Shown here in pieces: positions 1-9,550 of a DNA stretch of 64,000 bases (position 1 is its first letter; each line of letters begins with the position of its first letter). The DNA is taken from positions 26,125 to 90,124 of the forward strand of contig JAJYID010000002.1 in assembly GCA_021790235.1 (NCBI GenBank), in the 5' to 3' direction. The notes beneath the pieces were generated by a model that saw only the letters and a program-made list of their open reading frames with translations, had not been told where the DNA came from and made no database searches. Position numbers and translations under genes: made by a program. This stretch comes from a bacterium. Its GTDB lineage: Bacteria > Patescibacteriota > CPR2 > UBA1875 > JAJYID01.

Positions 1-267
1 ACCCATTCCGGGAGGAATGATTACCACATCTCCTTTTTGAAGTTTAACGATCCCTTTAAGGTAATTTCTCCAACACCTAATATCGCCAAGTGCGCAGCCC
101 ACATTTTTCGTAAAGTGGACCAAGATGTCGGTCTTCTCCCCAAACTCATCCATGACAGTCTTGAGTTGTTCACCTGTTAAATCAGATGAAGCAACCAAGA
201 TCACCCTTTGCCCCCTGTACCTTTTTATGCTTGTCTGTTTTTCAGTTCCTGCCTTCTTTTCCTTCAT
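1..267 (-). CDS. hypothetical protein (partial, runs off window start)
   Basis: Minus-strand ORF MKEKKAGTEKQTSIKRYRGQRVILVASSDLTGEQLKTVMDEFGEKTDILVHF...VVIIPPGMG. The ATG is at 265-267 (rc) and GGAGG (rc of 273-277) lies 5 nt upstream. It is absent from the ORF track because it has no stop in the window. It displaces the antisense track ORF 125..376. Confidence 0.5.
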   Translation of the reverse strand, partial: MKEKKAGTEKQTSIKRYRGQRVILVASSDLTGEQLKTVMDEFGEKTDILVHFTKNVGCALGDIRCWRNYLKGIVKLQKGDVVIIPPGMG

Positions 268-499
268 TTTAGCCTCCCGACAGGTAATACTCGACTTTGC
301 CTCTTTTAACGTACGAGCTTCTATTATAGCAGTTATGTCTTATCTCGAAAAGCTTTTCATTAAAAAACAACCTTAAAAGGCCGTTCCAATCTAAATATAA
401 TATACCCCATTACTTTAGTGTTCGCAGTCCCGCCTTCGTCCGACAACCGCCGGACTAAACTCACTCGAAGCGGTACAAAGTTACCTTCATCCGCTCAAA

Positions 500-586
500 T
501 GGTGCCGAAGGGGGGAGTCGAACCCCCAAGGGCGTAGGCCCACACGATTTTGAGTCGTGCGCGTATACCAGTTCCGCCACTTCGGC
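500..586 (-). tRNA. tRNA-Leu(CAA), long variable arm, CCA encoded
   Basis: The rc reads GCCGAAGTGGCGGAACTGG...CGACTCAAAATCGTG...GGGGTTCGACTCCCCCTTCGGCACCA. The acceptor stem GCCGAAG/CTTCGGC is 7 bp, the anticodon loop is CTCAAAA and the T-loop is GTTCGAC. Confidence 0.9.
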
Positions 587-808
587 ATATTTATTTTAAA
601 GTTGCATGTTTGGCACCAGAAGGTAAGTCTGCCTTTTCCGTCAGATAGCAGTTTATTATATTTTTCAGAAGAAAAACCGATATAATTTAAAGTTTCTATG
701 ATAAAATTCAGATAGTTGAAATTATACCTTATTTTTCAATCATTTTCAACGAAAATCATAGTAAAAATTATTGACTTTTAATTTTTTTTATGTTAGAATA
801 AAAAAATT

Positions 809-1996
809 ATGGCAGAAATTCATAATGATAAAAAACCCCGCCATACCGAAGAGCCAAAAATATCAGAGATAGAAAAGCTGATTCGCATTTTTCAAGATGC
901 CCATGGTCATGAAAAGCTCATGGAAATCATAAAACCATTTACTGACTTTAACCATAAAAATACAAATCCCAAGAAAAAATATGCGCATCAAGACCAAGAA
1001 CTAAAAATTACTGAGTTAGAAAATCTTTTTAAAGATTTTAAAAAAGAGTTTGGGCATGAAAAACTTATGTCTTTTCTTAAAGAAGTTACAGATGATATTC
1101 ATAAAAAACACAAAACGGCGAGCACCCAAGATCATGAAATTTATATCACTGAGGAACAAAAAAATCCTGTTAACTTAAAAAATGAAGACTTCTTTGAGCT
1201 ACTAAAGAACATTTTGACTCAAGTTATCCGGCTTTTTAAAAACATTAAAAAGATAATGGCCAAGAAGCGATACCGTTATCCAGTTTTGGCATTTAGCCTT
1301 TTCATGTCAATTTACATACTCTTTAATCTACCGGTTATTTATAGCAGGATCAGCTGGCATAAGCCAGATAACACTCAGAAACTAGTAGTTACAACCCAGG
1401 AAGTAGTTCAGCAAAAGATGGCTGATTCTGCCGCCCTAGCTCCGGGTGAAGTCATCCCGAACCAAAGTACTATTGTAATACCAAAAATCAATGTCAGCGC
1501 GCCTATTGTATATTCAGATACGACAGACGAAAACAAAGTACATGATGAACTTCATAATGGTGTGGTGCATTATGCCGGGACAGCCATGCCGGGAGAAGTG
1601 GGGAACTCTTTTATTACCGGACACAGTTCAAATTACTGGTGGGATACCGGTAAATTTAATTACGTTTTCGTAAACTTAGATAGACTTGTACCAGGAGACC
1701 AAGCAATAGTTTATTATAATGGCAAGAAATTCGTTTATACTGTAAAAGATAAAATAGTTGTGGAACCTACTGATATGAGTGTGTTAGCTTCTACTGATAC
1801 ACCGGTTTTAAGCCTTATGACTTGTACTCCTCCGGGGACTAGCTGGAAACGTCTGGTTGTCCACCTGGACAGGACTGATCCTGTTTATTATAAACCGCAA
1901 ACCATAACAAAAAAGAAAGTCGTAGCAGTACCGAAGCCAAAGGAAGAAAATAAAGGATTTTTCAGTAAAGTCTTATCATTAGTTATCCCCAACTAA
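809..1996 (+). CDS. sortase family transpeptidase with N-terminal tandem-repeat region and one TM helix
   Basis: Catalytic-domain motifs are present: FITGHSS (His) and VLSLMTCTPPGTSWKRLVV (TLxTC-like Cys plus Arg). There is a TM segment YPVLAFSLFMSIYILFNLPVIY. Confidence 0.85.
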   Translation: MAEIHNDKKPRHTEEPKISEIEKLIRIFQDAHGHEKLMEIIKPFTDFNHKNTNPKKKYAHQDQELKITELENLFKDFKKEFGHEKLMSFLKEVTDDIHKKHKTASTQDHEIYITEEQKNPVNLKNEDFFELLKNILTQVIRLFKNIKKIMAKKRYRYPVLAFSLFMSIYILFNLPVIYSRISWHKPDNTQKLVVTTQEVVQQKMADSAALAPGEVIPNQSTIVIPKINVSAPIVYSDTTDENKVHDELHNGVVHYAGTAMPGEVGNSFITGHSSNYWWDTGKFNYVFVNLDRLVPGDQAIVYYNGKKFVYTVKDKIVVEPTDMSVLASTDTPVLSLMTCTPPGTSWKRLVVHLDRTDPVYYKPQTITKKKVVAVPKPKEENKGFFSKVLSLVIPN

Positions 1997-3405
1997 AACT
2001 TGACTGTATATCTTGAGAGTATCGAATCTTTGGCTCCTAAGTTTGAAAAAAAGAAAATATCACCATTATCGGAAGAATAAAATGGTATCTCTCCTGCAAT
2101 TGACTGGCCAAGAGTAACTTGGTTTGTCTCGTCGAAATCCATAATAATGGCTTTACTACCTTTTTCACCCAGAATATGGCGCGAGTCATACCAAATCAAA
2201 TTTGAATAACCACTATCCGGCATAGAGTATTCAGTGCTTGATTTTTCAATCTCATCATTTTCAAAAACTTTAACTTTCCCGTCCCCTTGATATAATAAAC
2301 GTTCACCATCGGGAGACCATGAAAAATCTGAAACATTCTTAGAAAATGTAATCAGCATGTTTTTCCCATCCGTTTTAGTAATCAGATATAATGTATTATC
2401 CGCTGTTTTAAAGGCGACTTGTTGGCTCTGGAACTCAACCTTCGCTTCATAAGAAGGGCTCACGGGGATACTGTCAGCTAAAGTATTTTTGCCACTGAAA
2501 TCCCCGTTAGCTTGTATAAAAGATCTCTGTCCGGAGTTGTCTTTCACATAATAAATTTTTCCGTCATCAGCAAAAGTATAATATACCACTTGACTCTCTA
2601 AAGCCGGCGAAACTTTCCTAGTTCCCAGATCTATATTCATTACCAAGCCTCCTGACAAACCATACAAAAGACTGCTATTAGCCGGGTCAAATCGCAATTG
2701 ATCAAATTTCACAGGTGTGATTGAACTAAAATCTGTAAGAGTTTTTGAATCTGTATTTAAAATATAAATCACTTCCTTCCCGCTAACAATCCCGGAAAAA
2801 AGAATATATCTTTTATCATTTGACCAGTCTAAAAGTCTGGGATCTGTAATTTTCTGGTCTGGCGGCAAAGCAGCCGTATCAAGAATTATATTGCTTTGGC
2901 TAGTCGCATCATTAAAAACAGAAATTTTGTAGGAGTCATTCAGTTTAATCAAGAATATTTGAGACTTATTATCCAGTGAGGTCAAACTGTCGATTAGCGT
3001 GCCGGAAATATTTACTTTATCAATGGTTGGATTTTTAGGGAACATTAAAATATAGTTTGCCCAAGTCACCATTTCTGGCTCTATCGGAACATTTTTTTCC
3101 CACGAGTAGTATCCATCTTTTGTAAGTTTCAAATGATACTTATCCTTACCCAAGTTATCAATCTTAATTGAGAAAAACCCCGTTGTATGGGTAGTATCTT
3201 TTCCATTCAAGAAAATCTTAGCGCCGGTCGGCTTTGAGCTGATAATCAGCATGCCTGTCTTATGAAATGTAATACCATCGGCACCAATGCGTATGTTATA
3301 TCCTCTGGCAGATAAAATGAAAAAAAGACTCAAAACAATAAATGTTATAGCTGCCAAAGGGTAGATTAAAAACCAATATATTTTTCGCCGTTCAACCTTA
3401 ATCAC
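1993..3405 (-). CDS. membrane-anchored PEGA-domain protein with beta-propeller-like C-terminal region
   Basis: An N-terminal TM helix is followed by IISSKPTGAKIFLNGKDTTHTT, which is PEGA-like. The rest is a long repetitive beta-rich region with WSPDGERLLY, reminiscent of TolB/WD-like blades. Confidence 0.6.
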   Translation of the reverse strand: MIKVERRKIYWFLIYPLAAITFIVLSLFFILSARGYNIRIGADGITFHKTGMLIISSKPTGAKIFLNGKDTTHTTGFFSIKIDNLGKDKYHLKLTKDGYYSWEKNVPIEPEMVTWANYILMFPKNPTIDKVNISGTLIDSLTSLDNKSQIFLIKLNDSYKISVFNDATSQSNIILDTAALPPDQKITDPRLLDWSNDKRYILFSGIVSGKEVIYILNTDSKTLTDFSSITPVKFDQLRFDPANSSLLYGLSGGLVMNIDLGTRKVSPALESQVVYYTFADDGKIYYVKDNSGQRSFIQANGDFSGKNTLADSIPVSPSYEAKVEFQSQQVAFKTADNTLYLITKTDGKNMLITFSKNVSDFSWSPDGERLLYQGDGKVKVFENDEIEKSSTEYSMPDSGYSNLIWYDSRHILGEKGSKAIIMDFDETNQVTLGQSIAGEIPFYSSDNGDIFFFSNLGAKDSILSRYTVKF

Positions 3406-3536
3406 AAAGATAATTATACATTTTCCAGTATGATTTGTAAATGTGAGACCACCATAAAAATTTTAGAAAATAAATCTATATCAGTTGATAAACATATGTG
3501 TTATAATCAGTCCTGTTTTAATAGGAATCTTATTAA

Positions 3537-4796
3537 ATGTCTAAGCTTCAGATCAACGGTCCGGTCAGACTAAATGGGACGGTCAAGATAAGCGGCTCGA
3601 AAAATGCCGCTCTTCCTATCATCGCCGCAACCCTTTTGACTCGGGGTAAAAATACAATTGAAAATGTGCCTGATATCACCGATATTCGTAATCTTTTAAA
3701 AATCGTCGAAAAACTCGGCGGGAAAACTAAATTTGACCATAATACGCTCGAAATTGATAACAGCTTGATTAACGGCCATGATCCTGACAAGGACCTAGTG
3801 AGAAAGATTCGCGCCTCGGTACTTCTTCTCGGACCACTCCTCGCCAGAAATAAAAAGATAAAAATGTCCGCGCCGGGAGGATGTTTTATCGGGAATAGAC
3901 CTCTCGATGATATTTTTGATATGCTCGAACAGCTCGGCGCAACGATAAAAGAAGAAGGGGAGATATATAGTTTTAATGTTAAATCTCTAAAAGGTGCTAA
4001 CATTACCTTGCGACATATGAGTGTAACAGCCACAGAGAATGTCATCATGGCGGCAGTGATGGCTGAAGGGAGGACAGTTATTCGCCTGGCAGCCTGTGAA
4101 CCGCATGTTCAAGATTTATGCAGATTTCTAAACAAAATGGGAGCGAAAATCTCCGGAATCGGCACAAATGAACTGAAAATAGAAGGTGTCAAAGAACTAA
4201 AACCCGTAAAGTATAAAATAGTTTCCGATGAGATAGAAGCAGCCACATACATCATAGCGGCCGCAGCGACAGGCAGTGAGATCACGATAAAAAATATTGA
4301 AACTTCTACCATTGAATATTCAATACTCTCAAAGTTTAAAGAAGCCGGCGTAATTTTGGAGATAGGCAAAGATAATATTCAAGTCAAAAGAAGTACCCGT
4401 ATCGTACCGGTTAAGAAACTCTGGACTGCTCCTTGCCCGCATTTTCCAAGTGATCTCCAAGCTCCCTTTGCTGTTCTAATGACTCAGTCAGACGGTTCAA
4501 CCCTAATTCATGAAACTATGTATGAAGGACGGCTGAATTATATTAAAGAATTAAAGAGGATGGGTGCAAATGCCTCTATACTTGACCCGCATCGAGCGAT
4601 TATAATAGGACCAGCCACTCTTTACGGTAAAAAAATTTCAAGCTTAGACTTAAGAGCCGGAGCCACTTTGATTATCGCGGCCATGGTTGCAAACGGTCAG
4701 AGTGAAATTGCGAATGCTGAAATAATTGACAGGGGCTATGAAAATATTGTAGAAAAGCTCCAGAAACTTGGAGTTCAAATAGAGAGGATTAACTAA
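3537..4796 (+). CDS. murA: UDP-N-acetylglucosamine 1-carboxyvinyltransferase
   Basis: 419-aa ORF. The N-terminus INGPVRLNGTVKISGSKNAALPIIAATLL and the overall length are typical of MurA. Confidence 0.95.
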   Translation: MSKLQINGPVRLNGTVKISGSKNAALPIIAATLLTRGKNTIENVPDITDIRNLLKIVEKLGGKTKFDHNTLEIDNSLINGHDPDKDLVRKIRASVLLLGPLLARNKKIKMSAPGGCFIGNRPLDDIFDMLEQLGATIKEEGEIYSFNVKSLKGANITLRHMSVTATENVIMAAVMAEGRTVIRLAACEPHVQDLCRFLNKMGAKISGIGTNELKIEGVKELKPVKYKIVSDEIEAATYIIAAAATGSEITIKNIETSTIEYSILSKFKEAGVILEIGKDNIQVKRSTRIVPVKKLWTAPCPHFPSDLQAPFAVLMTQSDGSTLIHETMYEGRLNYIKELKRMGANASILDPHRAIIIGPATLYGKKISSLDLRAGATLIIAAMVANGQSEIANAEIIDRGYENIVEKLQKLGVQIERIN

Positions 4797-5797
4797 TGCT
4801 ACAAAACAGAATAGGAATAGACCTAGGCACGGCCAATGTACTCGTTTATGTTCCCAAGAAGGGAATAGTTATAAACGAACCTTCAGTTGTGGCCGTAAGC
4901 GAAGACAATAGAGTACTGGCGGTTGGAGAAGAGGCTAAAGAAATGGTCGGCCGAACTCCGGAGTCAATCACTGCTTACCGTCCGCTTCGAGATGGAGTAA
5001 TCGCCGACTACCGCGTCACCGAGTCTATGATCCGCCACTTTATCAATAAAGTTTCCGGTGGTGTAAGACTTTTTCGTCCTGTAGTAATGATTAGTGTTCC
5101 GGCCGGCGCCACATCTACCGAAAAAAGAGCGGTAATAGACGCCACTAAACAAGCCGGAGCCAAAGCTGCATATATCATTCCGGAACCAATCGCGGCAGCC
5201 CTCGGCGCAGAAATACCTATAGACACACCAGCCGGAAATCTAATAGTCGATATCGGTGGGGGAACTACTGAAGTATCAATATTATCACTTGGCGGAATAG
5301 TCGCTTCGAGCTCTGTAAGAGTCGGGGGAGACAAGCTTGATCAGGCGATTTCTGACTATATTCGCAAAAAATACGGTCTCGCTGTCGGCGATAAAACTGC
5401 AGAAGAAATAAAGATAGCTATCGGGAGCGCCGTACCTCTAAAGAAAGTGACAGAATATGAGATTAGAGGCAGAGATATGCTTCAAGGTTTACCGAAGACT
5501 ATTACCGTTAATTCAGCTGAAATTACAGAAGCTTTGCAGGTCCAGCTTGAGAAAATCATTTTGTCAATCCGAAGTGTCCTCGAAAAAACTCCTCCGGAAC
5601 TGGCGAGCGATGTTCTGGACCGTGGTATGATTATGACCGGCGGCAGTTCCCGGCTTAAAAATCTGGATAAGCTGATTTCAAAAGCTACTGGGGTAGCCGT
5701 CGCTATTGCTGACGAATCGCATTTATGCGTAGCCAAAGGCACCGGCATGGCCCTCGAAAACCTCGACGACTACAAAAAGAGTTCCCTCTGGAAATAA
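4796..5797 (+). CDS. mreB: rod shape-determining protein MreB
   Basis: Actin-fold motifs IGIDLGTANVLVYV and LIVDIGGGTTEVSILSLGG are present. The start overlaps the murA stop. Confidence 0.95.
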   Translation: MLQNRIGIDLGTANVLVYVPKKGIVINEPSVVAVSEDNRVLAVGEEAKEMVGRTPESITAYRPLRDGVIADYRVTESMIRHFINKVSGGVRLFRPVVMISVPAGATSTEKRAVIDATKQAGAKAAYIIPEPIAAALGAEIPIDTPAGNLIVDIGGGTTEVSILSLGGIVASSSVRVGGDKLDQAISDYIRKKYGLAVGDKTAEEIKIAIGSAVPLKKVTEYEIRGRDMLQGLPKTITVNSAEITEALQVQLEKIILSIRSVLEKTPPELASDVLDRGMIMTGGSSRLKNLDKLISKATGVAVAIADESHLCVAKGTGMALENLDDYKKSSLWK

Positions 5798-6334
5798 ATG
5801 AGCATGAAAGTTTATTTTATTAGGCACGGCCAGACTAACTACAATGTTCTGGATTTGTGCAATGACGATCCGACGAAAGATGTACATCTCACAAAATTTG
5901 GTATAAAACAGGCAAATACAGTTGCAAAAAAATTAAGGGGGGTAAAGTTTGATGCCGTATTTGTTTCTGATCTAAAAAGAACCCGAGAGACCGCCAAAAT
6001 TGTAATCGGCAATCAAAATTTAAAATTCACAGTTGATAAAAGAATAAGCGATCGAAAGACAGGTTTTGACAGCAAGCCTGCTTCCGATTTTTTCAGAGCC
6101 ATGGAGAAGAACATTCTTAACACAAAAATCAATAATGGTGAGTCGCTTGCAGAAGAAAAAGAGCGAGTCGTTTCCTTCCTAAAAGATTTGAAATCTCTAA
6201 AATTCAACAAGATTTTAGTATCCACTCATGGTGAAGTACTGAAAATTGTTTACGGATATTACAATCAGTTACCAAACAATGAAATGTGGGAAACAAGTAT
6301 AGACAACTGCCAGGTACTAGAGTTTGATCTTTAG
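5798..6334 (+). CDS. histidine phosphatase family protein (phosphoglycerate-mutase-like)
   Basis: Carries the RHG catalytic motif (VYFIRHGQTNYN), then KRTRETA and a late STHGEVL His. Confidence 0.8.
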   Translation: MSMKVYFIRHGQTNYNVLDLCNDDPTKDVHLTKFGIKQANTVAKKLRGVKFDAVFVSDLKRTRETAKIVIGNQNLKFTVDKRISDRKTGFDSKPASDFFRAMEKNILNTKINNGESLAEEKERVVSFLKDLKSLKFNKILVSTHGEVLKIVYGYYNQLPNNEMWETSIDNCQVLEFDL

Positions 6335-6400
6335 TCAACATCACACTAATATAGTTTAGCATAGTGAATTTTCTTCATTAAACTTAACTAAGTAGAGATT

Positions 6401-6438
6401 AGGAATAGTACACCAGACTAGTTTAGTGTACTATTCCT
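6401..6438 (+). terminator. 13-bp perfect stem hairpin after the phosphatase gene
   Basis: AGGAATAGTACAC (6401-6413) pairs with GTGTACTATTCCT (6426-6438). There is no strong T tract after it. Confidence 0.45.
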
Positions 6439-6506
6439 CATAAAACTCAACTTAAAAAAATTGTTAACTGTTTACTGTTTACTGTTATTTTTCTATAATA
6501 AGAATT

Positions 6507-7484
6507 ATGAAAAAACTTTTTGTGGAAGATTTGAAGGCCGGCGACAGCGTTTTTGGTGAACTCTTTGCGGTAAAAAATTATAAAAAAACCGCCACCAGAA
6601 ACAACCGCCCCTATATCGACATCACACTTTCCGACAAGACCGGATTTATCAAAGGCAAAATCTGGTCGGATGACATGCCAAACTGCGAAACAGTAGAGGA
6701 GGCTGATGTGGTCAGTGTGTCGGCCAGTATCGAGGACTTTAACGGCGCGCCGCAAGCCAAGATTACAAATATGAGCAAGGTTGACAAATACGACCTTACC
6801 GATTTCCAGCCGTCGACCGACAAAGATATAGAAAAAATGTTTGATGAAATCACGGACGCAGCTAGCAAGATCAAAAACCCGCAACTACAAAAACTGCTTC
6901 AGGAATTTTTGAGCGATAAAGATACGGTTGAGAAATTTAAACGTGGCGCCGGCGGATACACTGTTCACCACGATTATCTGGGTGGCCTTCTGGATCACAC
7001 CACCGAAATGCTCAGTTATGTCCCGGCTATTGCAAAAACCCACTCAAAGATTAACAAAGATATACTGACCACCGGAGTAATCCTGCACGACATTGGTAAA
7101 GTCCACGAGTATGAAGTCTCAACATCAATCGTTATTACCCCCAAACTGAAACTTCTGGGGCATATCTTTATGGGAGCCGAGATGGTGAAAAGATACGGAG
7201 AGAAGGCCGGAGTTGAAGAAAAACTGCTTGATGAAATTCTGCATATGATTTTAGCCCATCAGGGCAGAATAGAGTTTGGCAGTCCCGTACTTCCTAAAAC
7301 CCCCGAAGCTATGGTACTTTATAGATTGGACGACATGTCAGCCAAACTAAACACTGCATTCAAACTGCTTGATTCAGGAGGAAGTGACGGCGATCTTTTC
7401 ACGAGTTATCAGAGAAACCTTGAAACAGAATTGTATAGATCACCTTACGTCGACGATTTAACAAACGAAGATATACCATTTTAA
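6507..7484 (+). CDS. OB-fold plus HD-domain phosphohydrolase (YhaM-like 3'-5' exoribonuclease)
   Basis: The N-terminal OB-like segment is FAVKNYKKTATRNNRPYIDITLSDKTGFIKGKIW. The HD motifs are HHDYLGGLLDHT and ILHDIGK. Confidence 0.75.
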   Translation: MKKLFVEDLKAGDSVFGELFAVKNYKKTATRNNRPYIDITLSDKTGFIKGKIWSDDMPNCETVEEADVVSVSASIEDFNGAPQAKITNMSKVDKYDLTDFQPSTDKDIEKMFDEITDAASKIKNPQLQKLLQEFLSDKDTVEKFKRGAGGYTVHHDYLGGLLDHTTEMLSYVPAIAKTHSKINKDILTTGVILHDIGKVHEYEVSTSIVITPKLKLLGHIFMGAEMVKRYGEKAGVEEKLLDEILHMILAHQGRIEFGSPVLPKTPEAMVLYRLDDMSAKLNTAFKLLDSGGSDGDLFTSYQRNLETELYRSPYVDDLTNEDIPF

Positions 7485-7544
7485 ATTTTCAAATTACAAT
7501 TCACTAATTTAAAAAGTAAAATTCTGGTTAGACCGGGATAACAA

Positions 7545-8237
7545 ATGGAGGGCAGGTTGTACTGCAAACATTGTAGCGAAGAACAAGAAACGGTAACTAT
7601 CGCAGGAGTTACTTACTGCGCCAGTTGTTCGACAATCTTGTCTGAAAAAAAAGATTCTGTTCAAGTCGAAGCACCGAAACATAAAATGCCAAAACTAGAA
7701 ACAACTGACAACGAGATTCGAAACGAGGTAATAGAAAACCCTCCGCGAAAGAAAGATTTGTCTGTTCAGGAAATGGAGGAGAACCTCGACATCCCTGCAA
7801 TAAAGAAAGATGAGCTTGGAGGCAGTGCCATACTGCTCGACATCTTAGAGACTAAGGCCAAAGAAGAGACTGATGAACATACCTTGGAGGAAGACAAAAA
7901 ACTTTCAGAGGCAAGCGGCGAAGTTTTAGATATTTTAAATTCTAAACCAAATTCAGAGAACCATAAGGAAAAAAGATCTTTCACACCAAAACCGAATGGG
8001 ATGGCCATGAATGATATCAGGCCCGCCAGCCATACAAAAAATAAGGAACATCTTCAAAAAAAGAACAAGGAAATTTTGAAATCTGCTGAAAACGAGATTA
8101 AAGACGAAGCTGAACAGTTTGCCCGTATTGTTTCGAGTCAAAGTGGCTATACCAGAGAGTATGACATGATGATTATGACTATTGCCATAGCAGTACTTGC
8201 CACGGTAGTTCTGGTAATTTACCTAACATTTAAATAA
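7545..8237 (+). CDS. hypothetical protein, N-terminal zinc ribbon and C-terminal TM anchor
   Basis: CKHCSEE...YCASCS gives a CxxC...CxxC pattern. The middle is charged low-complexity sequence and the C-terminal TM is MIMTIAIAVLATVVLVIYL. Confidence 0.5.
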   Translation: MEGRLYCKHCSEEQETVTIAGVTYCASCSTILSEKKDSVQVEAPKHKMPKLETTDNEIRNEVIENPPRKKDLSVQEMEENLDIPAIKKDELGGSAILLDILETKAKEETDEHTLEEDKKLSEASGEVLDILNSKPNSENHKEKRSFTPKPNGMAMNDIRPASHTKNKEHLQKKNKEILKSAENEIKDEAEQFARIVSSQSGYTREYDMMIMTIAIAVLATVVLVIYLTFK

Positions 8238-8301
8238 AAGGAGTTGTAATACAAACAAGTAAAACGATCAAACAATTGTAACGTTTACAACGGAGCTAGT
8301 A

Positions 8302-8655
8302 ATGACTGACGAAAAATGGGAAGACTTAAAAGAAAATATTAGAGAAAAGTTTAAGGTGCTGGGAGAAAAAACAGAGCCTGACATTATAACGGATGACATC
8401 GGAAATAAAATAAAGGGTGAGAAAGATATCATTATTTTCGAGGGTCCAACTGGAAAAATGGAGGTGACTAAAACTAAGCGACCGGTAATTTTGGATAAAA
8501 AATCTCATTATCATAAAACTCAAGCCGGCAAAGCCTTAATAGAATATATCGTCTCAGATACAGAGTTTACAAACAAGATTGAAGTGTTCACTTGGGATAC
8601 GATCGCAAACGATTGGAAAGAGTTCGACACCCGGGGCGAAAACATAAGTTTCTAA
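8302..8655 (+). CDS. hypothetical protein
   Basis: 117-aa ORF in a coding-like context with no recognisable motif. Confidence 0.45.
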   Translation: MTDEKWEDLKENIREKFKVLGEKTEPDIITDDIGNKIKGEKDIIIFEGPTGKMEVTKTKRPVILDKKSHYHKTQAGKALIEYIVSDTEFTNKIEVFTWDTIANDWKEFDTRGENISF

Positions 8656-8676
8656 TACCTTAAATCTGAAAATTCT

Positions 8677-8751
8677 CTCTCTACCATCCCGAGCCCACCT
8701 TCGCAAGGCTGCTGAACAGGTAAACTCTGTGGGTGGTAGAGTTGAAAGATC
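8677..8751 (+). repeat. hairpin repeat, GTCATyCCGAG family (long variant)
   Basis: Contains CCATCCCGAGCCCAC...GTGGGTGGTAGAGTTGAAAGATC. The stems are CTCTACCA/TGGTAGAG and CCCAC/GTGGG. Confidence 0.55.
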
Positions 8752-8858
8752 TATTTTTGTTATTTTTTATTTCTTAGTTTTTAATTTTCATTGAATTAAT
8801 TTTTAACATTGGATTATTGATTTATTTACCGGAAATTGTGAATTGAAAATTTTTATCA

Positions 8859-8899
8859 GGGATTCTCCCACTCACCATTAGTGTGGCGGTCGAAATGGC
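8859..8899 (-). repeat. hairpin repeat, GTCATyCCGAG family
   Basis: The rc reads GCCATTTCGACCGCCACACTAATGGTGAGTGGGAGAATCCC. It aligns terminus to terminus with the copies at 34578 and 35221. Confidence 0.55.
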
Positions 8900-9002
8900 A
8901 ATCTGTAACTGTACCTTTTATAAACAGGTAAAATTAGACAAAAGATGTTAAAATGAAAGATAATGGAATTGAAATTAGTTTAAATAATAAACAGAGGAAA
9001 AA

Positions 9003-9503
9003 ATGAAAAATCCAAACCAAAGAGTAGCAATATTTATAGACGTGCAAAACTTATATTATTCAGCTAGAGCTTTATATGAGAAGAAAGTAAACTTCGGAGA
9101 AATCTTGAAGATAGGAACAGCCGACCGTCAGCTCATCCGTGCTATCGCCTATACTATCCGAGCTGAGTCACCGGAAGAGCAAACATTTTTCGATGCTTTG
9201 GGAAAGATGGGATTTGAGGTCAAGACAAAAGACCTGCAAACCTTTGCCGGCGGACACAAAAAAGGCGACTGGGATGTAGGTATAGCCGTAGATATGCTGA
9301 AAATGGCGTCCAAACTCGATGCTGTTATTCTATGTTCAGGCGACGGTGACTTTGCAGACCTTCTGCACCACACAAAGGCGGAAGGATGCCGGGCCGAAGT
9401 TATCTCATTCGGCCGAAGCACTTCGCAGAAATTAATAGATGAAACAGACGACTTCACCGATCTGGACCAGATAAAACAGAAAGTACTATTAAATAAAAAA
9501 TAA
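9003..9503 (+). CDS. NYN domain (LabA-like) protein
   Basis: Motifs VAIFIDVQNLYYS, GDWDVGIAVDM and ILCSGDGDF match the acidic active-site pattern of NYN/LabA nucleases. Confidence 0.8.
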   Translation: MKNPNQRVAIFIDVQNLYYSARALYEKKVNFGEILKIGTADRQLIRAIAYTIRAESPEEQTFFDALGKMGFEVKTKDLQTFAGGHKKGDWDVGIAVDMLKMASKLDAVILCSGDGDFADLLHHTKAEGCRAEVISFGRSTSQKLIDETDDFTDLDQIKQKVLLNKK

Positions 9504-9550
9504 GGAATAGTTATCCAATGGGATAACTATCTAATTACCATAGGGCAACT

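Noticed and set aside
125-376. Track ORF of 83 aa on the plus strand
   Set aside because: It is antisense to a better-supported minus-strand ORF (1..267) that has a GGAGG ribosome-binding site. Its own sequence is hydrophobic, low-information and has no RBS.
380-499. GC-rich structured segment downstream of tRNA-Leu as a possible SRP or other ncRNA
   Set aside because: It contains nested stems (AGTCC...GGACT, GTCCG...CGGAC) but none of the conserved SRP, RNase P, tmRNA or 6S motifs I can recognise. Part of it (GTGTTCGCAGTCCCGCCTTCGTCCGACAACC, plus strand) looks more like another decayed tRNA 3' fragment. The evidence is too weak to call.
3548-5748. Antisense ORFs inside murA and mreB (3548..4048, 4109..4369, 4964..5152, 5008..5334, 5482..5748), and analogous ones throughout the track
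   Set aside because: They overlap strongly supported conserved genes on the opposite strand and show no motifs, so they are typical shadow ORFs.
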